Shown here: piece after piece, positions 19,647 to 29,553 of the stretch
Layout of the letters: every line of letters begins with the position of its first letter
How positions within the stretch are numbered: position 1 is the first letter of the stretch
From: Candidatus Bathyarchaeota archaeon
Lineage (GTDB): Archaea; Thermoproteota; Bathyarchaeia; Bathyarchaeales; Bathycorpusculaceae
Length of the DNA: 64,000 nucleotides
NCBI GenBank assembly: GCA_963767735.1
Contig: CAVYES010000005.1
Coordinates: 96,001 to 160,000 of the forward strand
Direction: 5' to 3'
The notes under the pieces: generated by a model
What the model was told of the DNA's origin: nothing
Databases searched by the model: none
The model's input: the letters and a program-made list of their open reading frames with translations, nothing else
Position numbers and translations under genes: made by a program

Positions 19647-20084
19647 ATGTCAACGAATCAGGCTTTAGCGGTTTCGGAGTTGCTGCAGGAGAATTGGGGG
19701 CTATCAAGTCCGGTGGCTGCCGCGAATATTTTGTGGCCTACGACGCGTATGGATGCGATTGGGATTACTCAGGGAAAAGGATCCTTGCAAGTGGCTGTCT
19801 ATAACGCGAGTCCTAGCAAGCAAGTGGACGCGCTTAGCCGCGAATGTTACCTGGTTACCGAAAAACTTGTGGTCGACATAATTGTTGTTAACGCCAGTCA
19901 AAGCTCCGCTGATTTAGCGGCTGCAGAATCCACTTTGGAGGCCTTGCAGACTGAGGTTAATCGCATCATACATTTGCAAGACCCAAACTACGTCGTAACC
20001 GGAGAGCCGATTCACAGCAACGCAACTGAAGTAACCCGCGTTATGATCAACGTTGACGCCGTTTACTTCAGCATTTCAAGCTAA
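19647..20084 (+). CDS. Tail completion/terminator-like protein
   Basis: Size, position and LVVDIIV..EVNRII pattern. Confidence 0.5.
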   Translation: MSTNQALAVSELLQENWGLSSPVAAANILWPTTRMDAIGITQGKGSLQVAVYNASPSKQVDALSRECYLVTEKLVVDIIVVNASQSSADLAAAESTLEALQTEVNRIIHLQDPNYVVTGEPIHSNATEVTRVMINVDAVYFSISS

Positions 20085-20359
20085 TAGGCAGATGAAGCAA
20101 ATGGCAGAACAAAAAAGGGCGGCAAACCAGAAGTTCAAAACTCGATTTAGCACTTGGATTGTGACTTACAAAAACGGTGCTCAGGTTCTTGTAGAGCATA
20201 GAGTAACAAAAATAGCTTAACGCTGCTTAAATATCGCTGGAATCTGTTAGTCCAGAAAACTGGACTCACCTTTATTTGTGTTATTCGGCGTGTCTACAAA
20301 CGAGGCATTAAATAGTTTAATGGATATGACATGGACAAGACAGCGGGTGTTGAGAGAAA

Positions 20360-21253
20360 GTGGAAGACGAAGGGCAAGTGGAGAATGATAGACAACGCGC
20401 AGAAGTCTTTGATGCACTCGGTCATCCTACCCGTATAGGAATCTTGAAGGCCTTAAGTGAAGGCCCTCTCGGCTTCGCTGAGCTAAAGAAGAAGACTTCA
20501 ATTGACAGCAGCGGACATCTTCAACATCACTTAATCAAACTAAATGGCCTGATAAAAACTGATGAATATGGCAAATATTGCCTCTCTGACCAAGGAAAAG
20601 ACGCCTTGTTAACCGTACGTACAGTGGAGAATGCAACCGATAAAAAGCCAATGTCACAGCAGAAGTCAATACACCACTTTAATTTTAAAGTAGGTTTAAA
20701 ACCAGTTGCTTTGCTGCTCGTGGCGCTCTTAATTGCCAGTTCAGCAGCCGCAGTATACGAGTATAATCAAGCAGGGTTTTTCCAAAGTAAACTTGCCCAT
20801 TCTTCGCAGATTAGCGATGGCTATTATTTACCCTATGAAGGCAACATTAGTAAAATATTTGTAGTTTCGACAAATTCAAGTTATGGATACTACCCAGTTA
20901 AAACCTACACTTATCTTAACGGAACGGAAGTTAAGGCAGGTGGACCTTGCGTTATAATTAGCGTCACCGTACGAAATGATTATTCGACAGAGTATCCACC
21001 GCCATATCCAGCCCCTGGCTCAACGGTAGCAGGGATTTACTTGATGGCTCAGTTATTTAGTGGCGAACAACAAATTAAGGCAACGGATTTATTATACAAC
21101 CCGCCCTTTTTCGGACCTGACATCGGTTCGAATGCATTTATTAATAGTGGAGAAAGTGCAACCATTACTTTGTATTTGGGAACAAACGCTACAAACGTAA
21201 CAAGTTACCAAATTGTGCCAACATGGATTTCGGGAACTCCGCCACCATTTTAG
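20360..21253 (+). CDS. ArsR-like wHTH + transmembrane helix + extracellular domain
   Basis: FDALGHPTRIGIL..LQHHL..YCLSDQG; hydrophobic VALLLVALLIASSAAAVY. Confidence 0.8.
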   Translation: MEDEGQVENDRQRAEVFDALGHPTRIGILKALSEGPLGFAELKKKTSIDSSGHLQHHLIKLNGLIKTDEYGKYCLSDQGKDALLTVRTVENATDKKPMSQQKSIHHFNFKVGLKPVALLLVALLIASSAAAVYEYNQAGFFQSKLAHSSQISDGYYLPYEGNISKIFVVSTNSSYGYYPVKTYTYLNGTEVKAGGPCVIISVTVRNDYSTEYPPPYPAPGSTVAGIYLMAQLFSGEQQIKATDLLYNPPFFGPDIGSNAFINSGESATITLYLGTNATNVTSYQIVPTWISGTPPPF

Positions 21254-21300
21254 GCGCATTTGATTAATTTTAATTTACAGTACTTTGCGTAAGAGGGATT

Positions 21301-21666
21301 TTGTTGAGTATTCAAATTTCAGTTAGCTTGCTAAATTTTGATGTGCTGAGCAATTGCTTTGAGTGTCTTTGTGAGCAGTACCCTGAGGCTGTTGGGCAAG
21401 CAATGCAGAATGTTGCCCAGAATATTTTGGCAACTGCAAACACGCTAGTTCCAGTCAGAACAGGTTATCTAAAAAGCACAATAGTAATTGAGCAGCCCGG
21501 CAAATTCCAACTTAAGATCAAGGCTACGGCGCCTTACGCCTATTATGTGGAGTTTGGCACCCGAAAGATGCCGGCGAGGCTTTTCTTAACGAATTCGGTT
21601 AATCAGCATATGCCCGAGTTTGGGCCTGCAATAGAAGAACAAATTCAAAATATCCTGCAAGGCTAA
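21301..21666 (+). CDS. HK97 gp10-family putative tail component
   Basis: VPVRTGYLKSTI..APYAYYVEFGTRKMPARLFL. Confidence 0.9.
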   Translation: MLSIQISVSLLNFDVLSNCFECLCEQYPEAVGQAMQNVAQNILATANTLVPVRTGYLKSTIVIEQPGKFQLKIKATAPYAYYVEFGTRKMPARLFLTNSVNQHMPEFGPAIEEQIQNILQG

Positions 21667-21759
21667 CATACACTCAATAGCCTCTAATCAGTATATACCC
21701 AACAGCTTCTAATCGTACCATAATTTTATCAGAATAATTGTTAATCGAGGTGAAAAAGT

Positions 21760-22182
21760 ATGAGTTTAGCAACTACGCCAGTTCTAAGTCGCAACGCAGT
21801 TGTTCAGGTGGGCGGAGCAGCAATCGGTTTTCTCACTGACTTCACTATGGATGTCAAAGCAGAGATGATTAAGGAGTATGTTTGTGCGTCAGGCGGGTCT
21901 CCGTCGCCAGCTTTCACGGCAAGCGGCAACCAATCCTACACGTTTAAAGCTTCAGCGCTCTATGTTCCAGCAAACTATGCAGCATTACTTACAGATGTTC
22001 TAAACGGCACTTTGGTGACGGTTATTTGGGGTCCACAGGGCACAACTACAGGGTCGGGAACACCAAAAATCACGCTAAGCAACGTTGTCTTAACAGCTTA
22101 CAGCGTAAAAAATGGTCAGAAAGGCACCATTGCCAATGATATCAGTGGTGAAGCGCAAAGTGTGGCCACAAGCACATTCTAG
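21760..22182 (+). CDS. Major tail tube protein
   Basis: Beta-rich 140 aa, RBS gaggtg, T-rich terminator after stop, precedes chaperone and TMP. Confidence 0.75.
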   Translation: MSLATTPVLSRNAVVQVGGAAIGFLTDFTMDVKAEMIKEYVCASGGSPSPAFTASGNQSYTFKASALYVPANYAALLTDVLNGTLVTVIWGPQGTTTGSGTPKITLSNVVLTAYSVKNGQKGTIANDISGEAQSVATSTF

Positions 22183-22212
22183 TGCTTTTCTTTCTTTTTT
22201 CAGTTGCCATAG

Positions 22213-22515
22213 TTAAGGGAGATGAGGAGGATATTTTCTTTTAGCCGCCCAATCGACAAGGACAATTCCCAAAATTAAAATCGTTGAATCGATAAGAATT
22301 CCAGATTGTAGAATAAGGTTAGGAACTGCATTTACGTCCCGCAAGAAGAAAAGCAATAACGCTGTGGGAATAAGTGTGGCAGCCAATAAGAGCCTCGATT
22401 TTATTCTGAAATTCAGAATTCCATGAGAACGAGCTTCCTCAGCTGCGACCAAACAGGTGACCTCAGGAACACATTTTAATTTTCCCACTAAAAAAGGTTC
22501 GCCAGCTATTATCAT
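22213..22515 (-). CDS. Small two-TM membrane protein (possible moron, antisense to tail operon)
   Basis: Two hydrophobic segments; N-terminus uncertain. Confidence 0.35.
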   Translation of the reverse strand: MIIAGEPFLVGKLKCVPEVTCLVAAEEARSHGILNFRIKSRLLLAATLIPTALLLFFLRDVNAVPNLILQSGILIDSTILILGIVLVDWAAKRKYPPHLP

Positions 22516-22563
22516 GCTGAGTTAACAGCATTTTGTGGCATTAATTGATATTAATGAGGTGAT

Positions 22564-23102
22564 TTGATGAGTGAAGAAAAATTTGATAGTGAAGGTTTCG
22601 AGAAGCTTAAAGCAGCGTTCAACGAGTATGAGGCAGAGCAGAAAGAGCGTTTCAAAAATTTTAGCGTAGGCCTGCTTAAGAGTAGTAAGGTTCCGCAGGA
22701 GGCTAATGTGTCCGGCGCCGGCTGGGTCAAATTCGTTTTGCTTACCCATAATGAGCTTAGCGATTTAGCGAAGTTTTACAAGGATGATCAACGCGAATTC
22801 GAACTGCAAGCTCTTCTAAAGATGATGAAGCCCTGCTACCCAGACTTAACAGAGAAGGACCTGCGAGATGCACCTTGGGATTTGGTGCGTGCCCTGGAGA
22901 AGGCGTTGCTTAATGAGGGTTTTTTACCGCGAACAGTGAGGCGGTCAATGACTGGATTTACTGGAGCAGTGAAGCCCAGCGCATCGCAGCCGTCATCAAC
23001 CTCTACCACTACACCCTAGAATACGCGGCAAGCCTAACCAATTTCCAACTGGAATTCTTAATCCAATCTGCAATTTGGTATCGCAAGTTGTCAGAAGGCT
23101 AA
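22564..23102 (+). CDS. Tail assembly chaperone pair (gpG-like 22564-23019; gpGT-like via -1 frameshift to 23102)
   Basis: Slippery T TTT TTA at 22920-22926; -1 frame open for 58 codons (..EYAASLTNFQLEFL..); lies between tail tube and TMP. Confidence 0.85.
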
Positions 23103-23383
23103 AAACAAGGTGAGTGGCGCTGTCTTTTCCCGAAATTGCCTATTGAAAGATTATTGAGATTGCTTTATCAGGTCCTCGTCTATTTTCGGCTTCCTCTTAA
23201 TCTAGAAATCACCGAATGCTAAAGAAATCTATCCTTTTTTGAAGTGGTTCGCTCCCTGATGCTATCTACGAAAGCGCAGTATATTCCCTGGGTATAAATC
23301 ATTTGGTTGGTGAGAGTATGATAAATAATTGATAAAATTCTCAATCAAGTAGGCTTAAATTATCAACAGTCTAAATGTTTTAA

Positions 23384-23955
23384 ATGGTTAGAATGGAAAC
23401 TGACTACTCATTCCTCCATAAGATCCTGAAGGACTCAACTAGGCGAGACATCTTGCGATATCTTAACGATCGGCCTCTGTCTTACATGGAACTGATGAAT
23501 CTTTCAAAAATCACAAACACTGGAAAGCTCAACTATCACCTGAAAGTTCTCGGCGAGCTAATTCAGAAAACGGCTGATGATAAGTATAGTTTAACTGACA
23601 GGGACGTCTTGCCGTCCAATTGCTTGAGAAGTTCCCTTCAAAGCCAATTCAGGGAAAACCCGTTTTATCTCACGGACCCGTGATTATGTTGTCCCCAGAA
23701 TGGAAAAGGGAATTTGGTCTTATGACATTTATGATAGCTTCTTTCCTTGGAGGAATTTACTTGTTGTTTTTCAGTGTGCTTTTCTTGGAGCGCCCTTGGC
23801 CTCACGGTCCTATTTCTTTAACAAGCGCGGCAGGCATAATCGTCGCTATGGGTCTCATTATTCTATCTTTGCCAATTCGTAAAAGGTATCTGGCTGTCAA
23901 AGAAAGAAATAAACAAACGCTAATCTCCTATCGAGCTGATGACCCAACCCATTGA
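23384..23955 (+). pseudogene. ArsR-like wHTH + two TM helices, frameshifted near 23602
   Basis: LKDSTRRDIL..GKLNYHLKVL..YSLTDR then GRLAVQLLEKFP in another frame. Confidence 0.75.
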
Positions 23956-24115
23956 ACCTTCTAAAAGGTCCAAATTGCTCGTATTCGTATGTTGATTCAT
24001 GGCGCTTCTTTTTACCGATATTATGTGTTGAAGTAAGTCGTGAAACTGGTTTGAATTTTCATCCAGTGTTTTGAGCGCGAGCGCTAAAAAATTGTTTCAG
24101 AAGGGTAAAAACGAA

Positions 24116-25501
24116 ATGAGTGGAGCTCCTGCAGAAATAGATATTGTTGCGACTGATGATGCTTCGGATGTTTTCCAAGATGTCAGCAGCAACTTTAGCG
24201 ATATGAGTAGCAATGTCAGCGAAGCCTCTGACTCAATGAGCACCGACGTTTCAGATAGCATGCAACAAACCTCCAGCTCCGTTTCAACTATGACGACAAC
24301 GGTGCAGGCTGATACTAGCCAAATGCAGGATTCCTTCAATCAAGCCGGAAGCACTGCACAGGTAAGCATGAATCAAATAACCACCAGCACAGGCGAAGCA
24401 AGCGATGCCACTGAAGCGTCTAGTCAGAGCTTTAGCCAAAACGCAATGCAGATGAATAGTGCAGCGATGAGCGGTGCCATGCTGTATATGGCTGTAAATA
24501 ACATAGAGAACGCGCAAACATCGCTTGCTAGAGCTAACTTGACTGAGGAAAAAGCAGCTAATTCCGTTACTTTAGCGCAGCAAGCCTATAATGTGGCTGT
24601 TGCGAAGTACGGTGAAACCAGCGTTCAGGCACAAGATGCAGCAAATCAGCTCAATTTAGCGATTGAAACTCAGCAAGTGGATCAGGAACGGGTTGCTGAA
24701 GCAAGTCGAAACTATAACAGTACCTTGATGATGTCGGCGCTTACGGTTATTCCTGCAGTTATCAATGTTATGACTTTGGCGAGTCATGCAACTCAAATGT
24801 GGGAAGGCGCCCAAGCGGCTCTTGATGTTGTTATGGATGCTAACCCGATTGGTTTAGTTGTAATCGCTATCGCTGCCTTGGTGGCGGCTGTCATTGCTGC
24901 ATACACGTATTGCAAGCCTTTTCGCGATGTAATCAACGATATAGGCAGCATAATTGGCGGATCGGTTCTTTCAGCATTTAACGCTTTAAAGTCTGCAGGA
25001 GACGCATTATGGAGCGGTCTTAGCTGGGCTTACAGTAACATTTTGTTGCCGGTAGCTAACTTTTTCAAAGAAGTTTTAGTTGCCGACTTGAATGTTGCAT
25101 TAGTGCCTGTTAAAGCTTTTGAGACAGCCATTGGCGCCGTCGCTAATGCAGTGAAGCCCTTGAGCGATTTAATCGGGGGATTAGGCTCAGCTCTTAGTCA
25201 TCTGTGTTTTGCTCATGCAGCGCCTGCAGCGGAAGAATTCAACAAACAAGTTACCCAAAGCATAGCGCTCAGCGACCAGTTAACGCATAAAACTAACACG
25301 CTTGGCTCATCGCTTCAAGGCTTGGCAGGCAACGTATCAGTAAAAGGCGGAAGCGGCACAAGCAACATAACAATCGGCTCACCCAACATCACAATCGGCA
25401 ACATTACAGGGACTGCTTCGCTCAAGCAAACACGAGACGCGGTCAACAAGGGGATTTGCGATGCGATGTACAAGAAAGGCATAATGAACAAGGTGACATG
25501 A
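24116..25501 (+). CDS. Tape measure protein (461 aa from ATG 24116)
   Basis: IDIVATDDAS N-terminus, MDANPIGLVVIAIAALVAA..FRD motif, Ala/Ser-rich helical body. Confidence 0.9.
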   Translation: MSGAPAEIDIVATDDASDVFQDVSSNFSDMSSNVSEASDSMSTDVSDSMQQTSSSVSTMTTTVQADTSQMQDSFNQAGSTAQVSMNQITTSTGEASDATEASSQSFSQNAMQMNSAAMSGAMLYMAVNNIENAQTSLARANLTEEKAANSVTLAQQAYNVAVAKYGETSVQAQDAANQLNLAIETQQVDQERVAEASRNYNSTLMMSALTVIPAVINVMTLASHATQMWEGAQAALDVVMDANPIGLVVIAIAALVAAVIAAYTYCKPFRDVINDIGSIIGGSVLSAFNALKSAGDALWSGLSWAYSNILLPVANFFKEVLVADLNVALVPVKAFETAIGAVANAVKPLSDLIGGLGSALSHLCFAHAAPAAEEFNKQVTQSIALSDQLTHKTNTLGSSLQGLAGNVSVKGGSGTSNITIGSPNITIGNITGTASLKQTRDAVNKGICDAMYKKGIMNKVT

Positions 25502-25896
25502 TGAGCTGGCAAATAACCCAAGGATCCACAACAATTACGCTGCCGTATGCACCTCAGACCAACACAGATGAATCTCCAACTATTGATGATTCTTCGATTA
25601 ATGTTCCTGAGCAGGGGACTACTCTTGTTTCCGTCTGCAACGATGTACGCACCTTAACGATGGAAGGATTTTTCTACATAGCAGGATCAACAAAAAGTGC
25701 GATTGACTCAACATACATTGTTCCCTTGCTCGGAATGCTTCACTTATTAGTTACGTTAACGACCCCAAGACCCAGCCTCAACGCCACATGGAAATTTGAC
25801 AAAGCAACCTTCACCGAAACAAAAGATTACTCAAACCAACCCGCAATCAAATTTACGCTCGTCTTCAAGTTTGCAGCAAACTACGTGGTGCTATAG
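25498..25896 (+). CDS. Distal tail (Dit)-like protein
   Basis: Directly follows TMP; RTLTMEG..FTLVF pattern. Confidence 0.6.
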   Translation: MMSWQITQGSTTITLPYAPQTNTDESPTIDDSSINVPEQGTTLVSVCNDVRTLTMEGFFYIAGSTKSAIDSTYIVPLLGMLHLLVTLTTPRPSLNATWKFDKATFTETKDYSNQPAIKFTLVFKFAANYVVL

Positions 25897-25898
25897 CA

Positions 25899-27923
25899 AT
25901 GTCGTGGACCATTCAATATTTGTCTGGCAGTGCTTGGGTAACTAAGACTGACGCTGTGATAGATCAGATAGTTGATGAGATAAATGGTCAGTTAGGGGCG
26001 TCAGGCGAACAGGAATTTGACTTTATAATGCCCAATACCGCAGCGAATTTGACGTTTGTTGAAACTGATCAGCAGGTTCAGATTCTTTGGGGCAGCACGG
26101 TCGTTTTTGCGGGATCGCTGCGGGCTTACAAAACAAAATTTATCACTATTACGGCTACGGTTTACAATAGCGTTTTTGAATTAATGAAAAAGCAGACTGT
26201 CACTGGAAAATATAGTAATGTAGCTGCTTCGACAATATTGGCAGCTATTTGCTCGGCTTGCGGCATGGCTGCTGGATCCTGTCCGACTACCTCTATTAGC
26301 ACACAATTTAACTCGACGGACTGTTATACAGCAGCACTTAATGTTGCCAATATTTTAGGTCTAAACTTATTCAATTCAGGCAACACCGTAAATATCGCTG
26401 TTAAGGGCAATCAGACTCCCACAGCCATAACGATTGACACGGAAAGTGAAGTAGACATCGACCGCAGCAAATCCGGTTATGATGGCGTCATCATCCGCGG
26501 TGTTGATCAAGCTGGAAACGCTATTAGTGGATCAGCAGGGAACACGAGCGCGGGCTACAGTGTTAAAACCCTAACTAACAAAATCGCTATGAGTCAAGCT
26601 ACTCTAAATAGCCTCGCCACTGAATACTTGCAAAGCCTCCAGCAAACCAATAGCGGCTCTCCGTTGGTATGCGATATATCCCAAGCGGCCCTGCTCAACA
26701 GCGGCGATTTAATTACTGTTACGAACGGTGCAGCCTTCGGGCTTTCCGGAAGCTACGAAATCGCCACCATAACAAAAGCTTTGACGAAAGCAACTATTGA
26801 AATCGTTCATTCAGTCAACGATTTTAGTAATTTAGTTGACGCCCTTGCTTCTGCCACTACTGCCCTCAATACATTGCCGATAAGTTCAGATCAGGTTCAG
26901 GGAAGCAGTGTGAGCCTTCAAAGCCTTCAAGCCTTTTACCATCTGGGTGAAGGTTCAGGCTCAGTTGCTAATGATTCGAGTCCGGCAGGAAATAATGGAT
27001 CCATAGGCTCTGGGTGCACGTGGGTTCCAGGACCAGAAACAAAAGTTTTAATGTTCAACGGCAACGGAAGTTACGTAGACTTACCGAGCAGTGATTTGAA
27101 TTTTGGCGGCTTATCGGCAATGTCTTTCGCCGTATGGTTTTCACCGACATTGGCTGCTCAAGGCTACCTCGTCTATAAGCCTAATCAGTTTTACGTGCAA
27201 GTAAACGCGAACGGCAGCATAGTCTTTGCGCTATACATCGGCGGAGCCTGGGTAACATTAACAACCCCTGCTGGAACTGCGACATTAAACGGTCGCCTTT
27301 TTGGAGCCTTTGTCTACGATGGAATCAACATGTACATTTACCTCAACGGTCCTGTCCTTGCACAGCAGACCAAATCAGGCGCTATTGGAAGCAGCACAAA
27401 CGATACTTATTTGGGTGCGGAAACTGCTTCTTTAGACGGTTTTAGCGGAGTAATTTCTGAAATTATGTTTTTTGGGCGTGCCCTCGGTCCGCAGGAGGTG
27501 TATTCGCTCTACTTTTTTCCCCTTATTAGCTACCTGAAAAGCAGCGGCGGGGGAGCAACAACTTGGAGCGTTTATATCATAAGCGATCCTAACGGCTCTT
27601 TGAGTTTAAGTGGGTTGCAAACGATAACTGTGGGGTCACCTTGCACGGTAACTGACAGTTTGAATGCTGGATTTAGCTTAGGCTACTGGCTTTTAGATGG
27701 AGTGCAAGTCACTGGGAACCCTTACACGATTCCAGCGCAGACTGCGGGGTCTTGCCATGTTTTGCAACCTGTTTCCATCTTTACTTCTCCTCCTGTGTTT
27801 TGGTTTGCAAGCGTCACAACAGGAAACAGTGACTTGAAAGAGGAAGGCGACGTGGCCGACGCGATTCTAATCAATGACTCAAGCGCAGCACGAGCTGAAA
27901 CTAACGTAATCACAAATCATTAG
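25899..27923 (+). CDS. Tail hub/Tal-like protein fused to LamG-like (concanavalin) and Ig-like repeat domains
   Basis: N-terminal hub pattern; YHLGEGSG..DSS..FNGNGSYV..FSGVISEIMFFGRAL. Confidence 0.75.
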   Translation: MSWTIQYLSGSAWVTKTDAVIDQIVDEINGQLGASGEQEFDFIMPNTAANLTFVETDQQVQILWGSTVVFAGSLRAYKTKFITITATVYNSVFELMKKQTVTGKYSNVAASTILAAICSACGMAAGSCPTTSISTQFNSTDCYTAALNVANILGLNLFNSGNTVNIAVKGNQTPTAITIDTESEVDIDRSKSGYDGVIIRGVDQAGNAISGSAGNTSAGYSVKTLTNKIAMSQATLNSLATEYLQSLQQTNSGSPLVCDISQAALLNSGDLITVTNGAAFGLSGSYEIATITKALTKATIEIVHSVNDFSNLVDALASATTALNTLPISSDQVQGSSVSLQSLQAFYHLGEGSGSVANDSSPAGNNGSIGSGCTWVPGPETKVLMFNGNGSYVDLPSSDLNFGGLSAMSFAVWFSPTLAAQGYLVYKPNQFYVQVNANGSIVFALYIGGAWVTLTTPAGTATLNGRLFGAFVYDGINMYIYLNGPVLAQQTKSGAIGSSTNDTYLGAETASLDGFSGVISEIMFFGRALGPQEVYSLYFFPLISYLKSSGGGATTWSVYIISDPNGSLSLSGLQTITVGSPCTVTDSLNAGFSLGYWLLDGVQVTGNPYTIPAQTAGSCHVLQPVSIFTSPPVFWFASVTTGNSDLKEEGDVADAILINDSSAARAETNVITNH

Positions 27924-27936
27924 GAGAAAAAACAAA

Positions 27937-28668
27937 TTGTCAAGTGTAATTAGAGGCCAGCAGGGCGGCTCGACCGGAAATGCTGTTGAAGGCGGAGGCT
28001 TCTGCTTTGCATCAACAACTTACTCCGAGGGTTGTAGTAAAGGTCCGCTTGACGCAGCCCTTCTTGAAAATGGCACTAACATAACTGAAGGGTGCACTAC
28101 GGGTCCACTTGACCTTGGATTTCTTGACAATGGCATTAACGCGGAGTGCGGAAATGATTCAGGACCAAGTCGTTCTGATGCTCCTTCTTTTCCCACAACA
28201 GGCACATATGGAAACACCAGCACTGGAGCAAGCTACACTCCCTGCATAAACGACATTGTTGGAAGCGTCTTTACAACTCCAACTGTATCGGGCGCGATGC
28301 ATGTAACTGGAATCCACGCGCTTGTTCAATGCGACACGGCTAACAAAACCTTCAACGCTGCAATTTACACGGCTGCAGGCGCTTTAGTTGGCCAATGCAA
28401 CCCGGTAACCGTTTCTTACTCTGCCAATCCACAGATGGCTATGTTTACTCCAACAAACGCGATACAACTTGCATCTAACACAGCCTACATCTTAGTTGTT
28501 TGGTGTAGCAGCGCCTCAGGAAATGGCGGTCTTTACTATATTGCTGGAAGCACAAATCAAGGCTACACTTACGCTTCAACATACTCATCTACTTTTACAA
28601 GTAGCCTCGGAACAATCACTTTCAACAATAATTCTTACTGTGTTTACGCTGACTACTACGTGTTTTAG
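27937..28668 (+). CDS. Putative receptor-binding/minor tail protein
   Basis: Thr/Ser/Gly-rich beta protein, internal 19-aa repeat EGCxxGPLD, LASNTAYILVV. Confidence 0.5.
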   Translation: MSSVIRGQQGGSTGNAVEGGGFCFASTTYSEGCSKGPLDAALLENGTNITEGCTTGPLDLGFLDNGINAECGNDSGPSRSDAPSFPTTGTYGNTSTGASYTPCINDIVGSVFTTPTVSGAMHVTGIHALVQCDTANKTFNAAIYTAAGALVGQCNPVTVSYSANPQMAMFTPTNAIQLASNTAYILVVWCSSASGNGGLYYIAGSTNQGYTYASTYSSTFTSSLGTITFNNNSYCVYADYYVF

Positions 28669-28687
28669 AGGGGGTGAATAAGACAAA

Positions 28688-29380
28688 ATGTTGACTTTTT
28701 ATCAAAACTTGAAATCTCAAATAGCTAAAAAATACAGAAATCACTTGATGCTTCAATGGTGGGCTGTTAAGCAACTTCTAAAAGGAAAACTGCGACTACG
28801 AAACACTTTCGGCGATGAAATAAGAATCAAGGATGAGATCACATGTTGGCAAGGCGATAAAATTCAGTTCCGAACTAAAGGCCACATCGTTTCTCAAGGA
28901 TTAATTTGCATGGTGAATTGGATTTCTTGGGGTGGTAACGGTGTTGCCGTCGCGGAATACGGATTAATGGCAAATGCAGGTTCGGGTTGGTATATTCGAT
29001 GCGGAACTGGCACAGGCGCTACGGCGCAATCAACAACTGGGTTAGTGACGGCAATCTCGACAGCTCCAAACACGTTGAGCGGAACAAACAGTAACCCAAG
29101 CGCTGGACAATACCGCATTGCATGGACAGCGACGTGGAACTCAGGCACTCTCTCTGCAATCACCATCACAGAGTTTGGGATGTGGTGGAACAACGGTTTC
29201 GGAGCTTCTGGAGCTATGGGTTTGAATGGATTTGGCAACACCGGTTACGCTAACCAAAGCGGTTCAAACCCGGAATTTACTTCGCGCATAAGCAGTACAG
29301 ACGGAGACTTTTCCAGCTTCACCGTGAATACTTCTGTTCCTTTGACTCTTCAGTGGAACTTAACGTTCACTTTCGCTTAG
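28688..29380 (+). CDS. Tail-collar fibre-like structural protein
   Basis: YIRCGTGTGA..TATW..ITEFGM..LTLQWNLTF pattern. Confidence 0.55.
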   Translation: MLTFYQNLKSQIAKKYRNHLMLQWWAVKQLLKGKLRLRNTFGDEIRIKDEITCWQGDKIQFRTKGHIVSQGLICMVNWISWGGNGVAVAEYGLMANAGSGWYIRCGTGTGATAQSTTGLVTAISTAPNTLSGTNSNPSAGQYRIAWTATWNSGTLSAITITEFGMWWNNGFGASGAMGLNGFGNTGYANQSGSNPEFTSRISSTDGDFSSFTVNTSVPLTLQWNLTFTFA

Positions 29381-29553
29381 CACGAGATAAATACCAAAGA
29401 AAGGGCTTAACCCAAAAGTTTCTTGTTGATTTAAAAAAAGTTGGTTTTTTGCAAGGGATTACTGCGTGCAGCGAGGGCTCCGCATGTCTCTGGTGGCTTA
29501 ACCTTGCGCCTTTCTAGTGATTTAATCACACTTGTTAATGGAGGTGAATGTAA

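Noticed and set aside
27937-29553. Diversity-generating retroelement acting on the fibre genes
   Set aside because: No reverse transcriptase and no template/variable repeat pair were seen.
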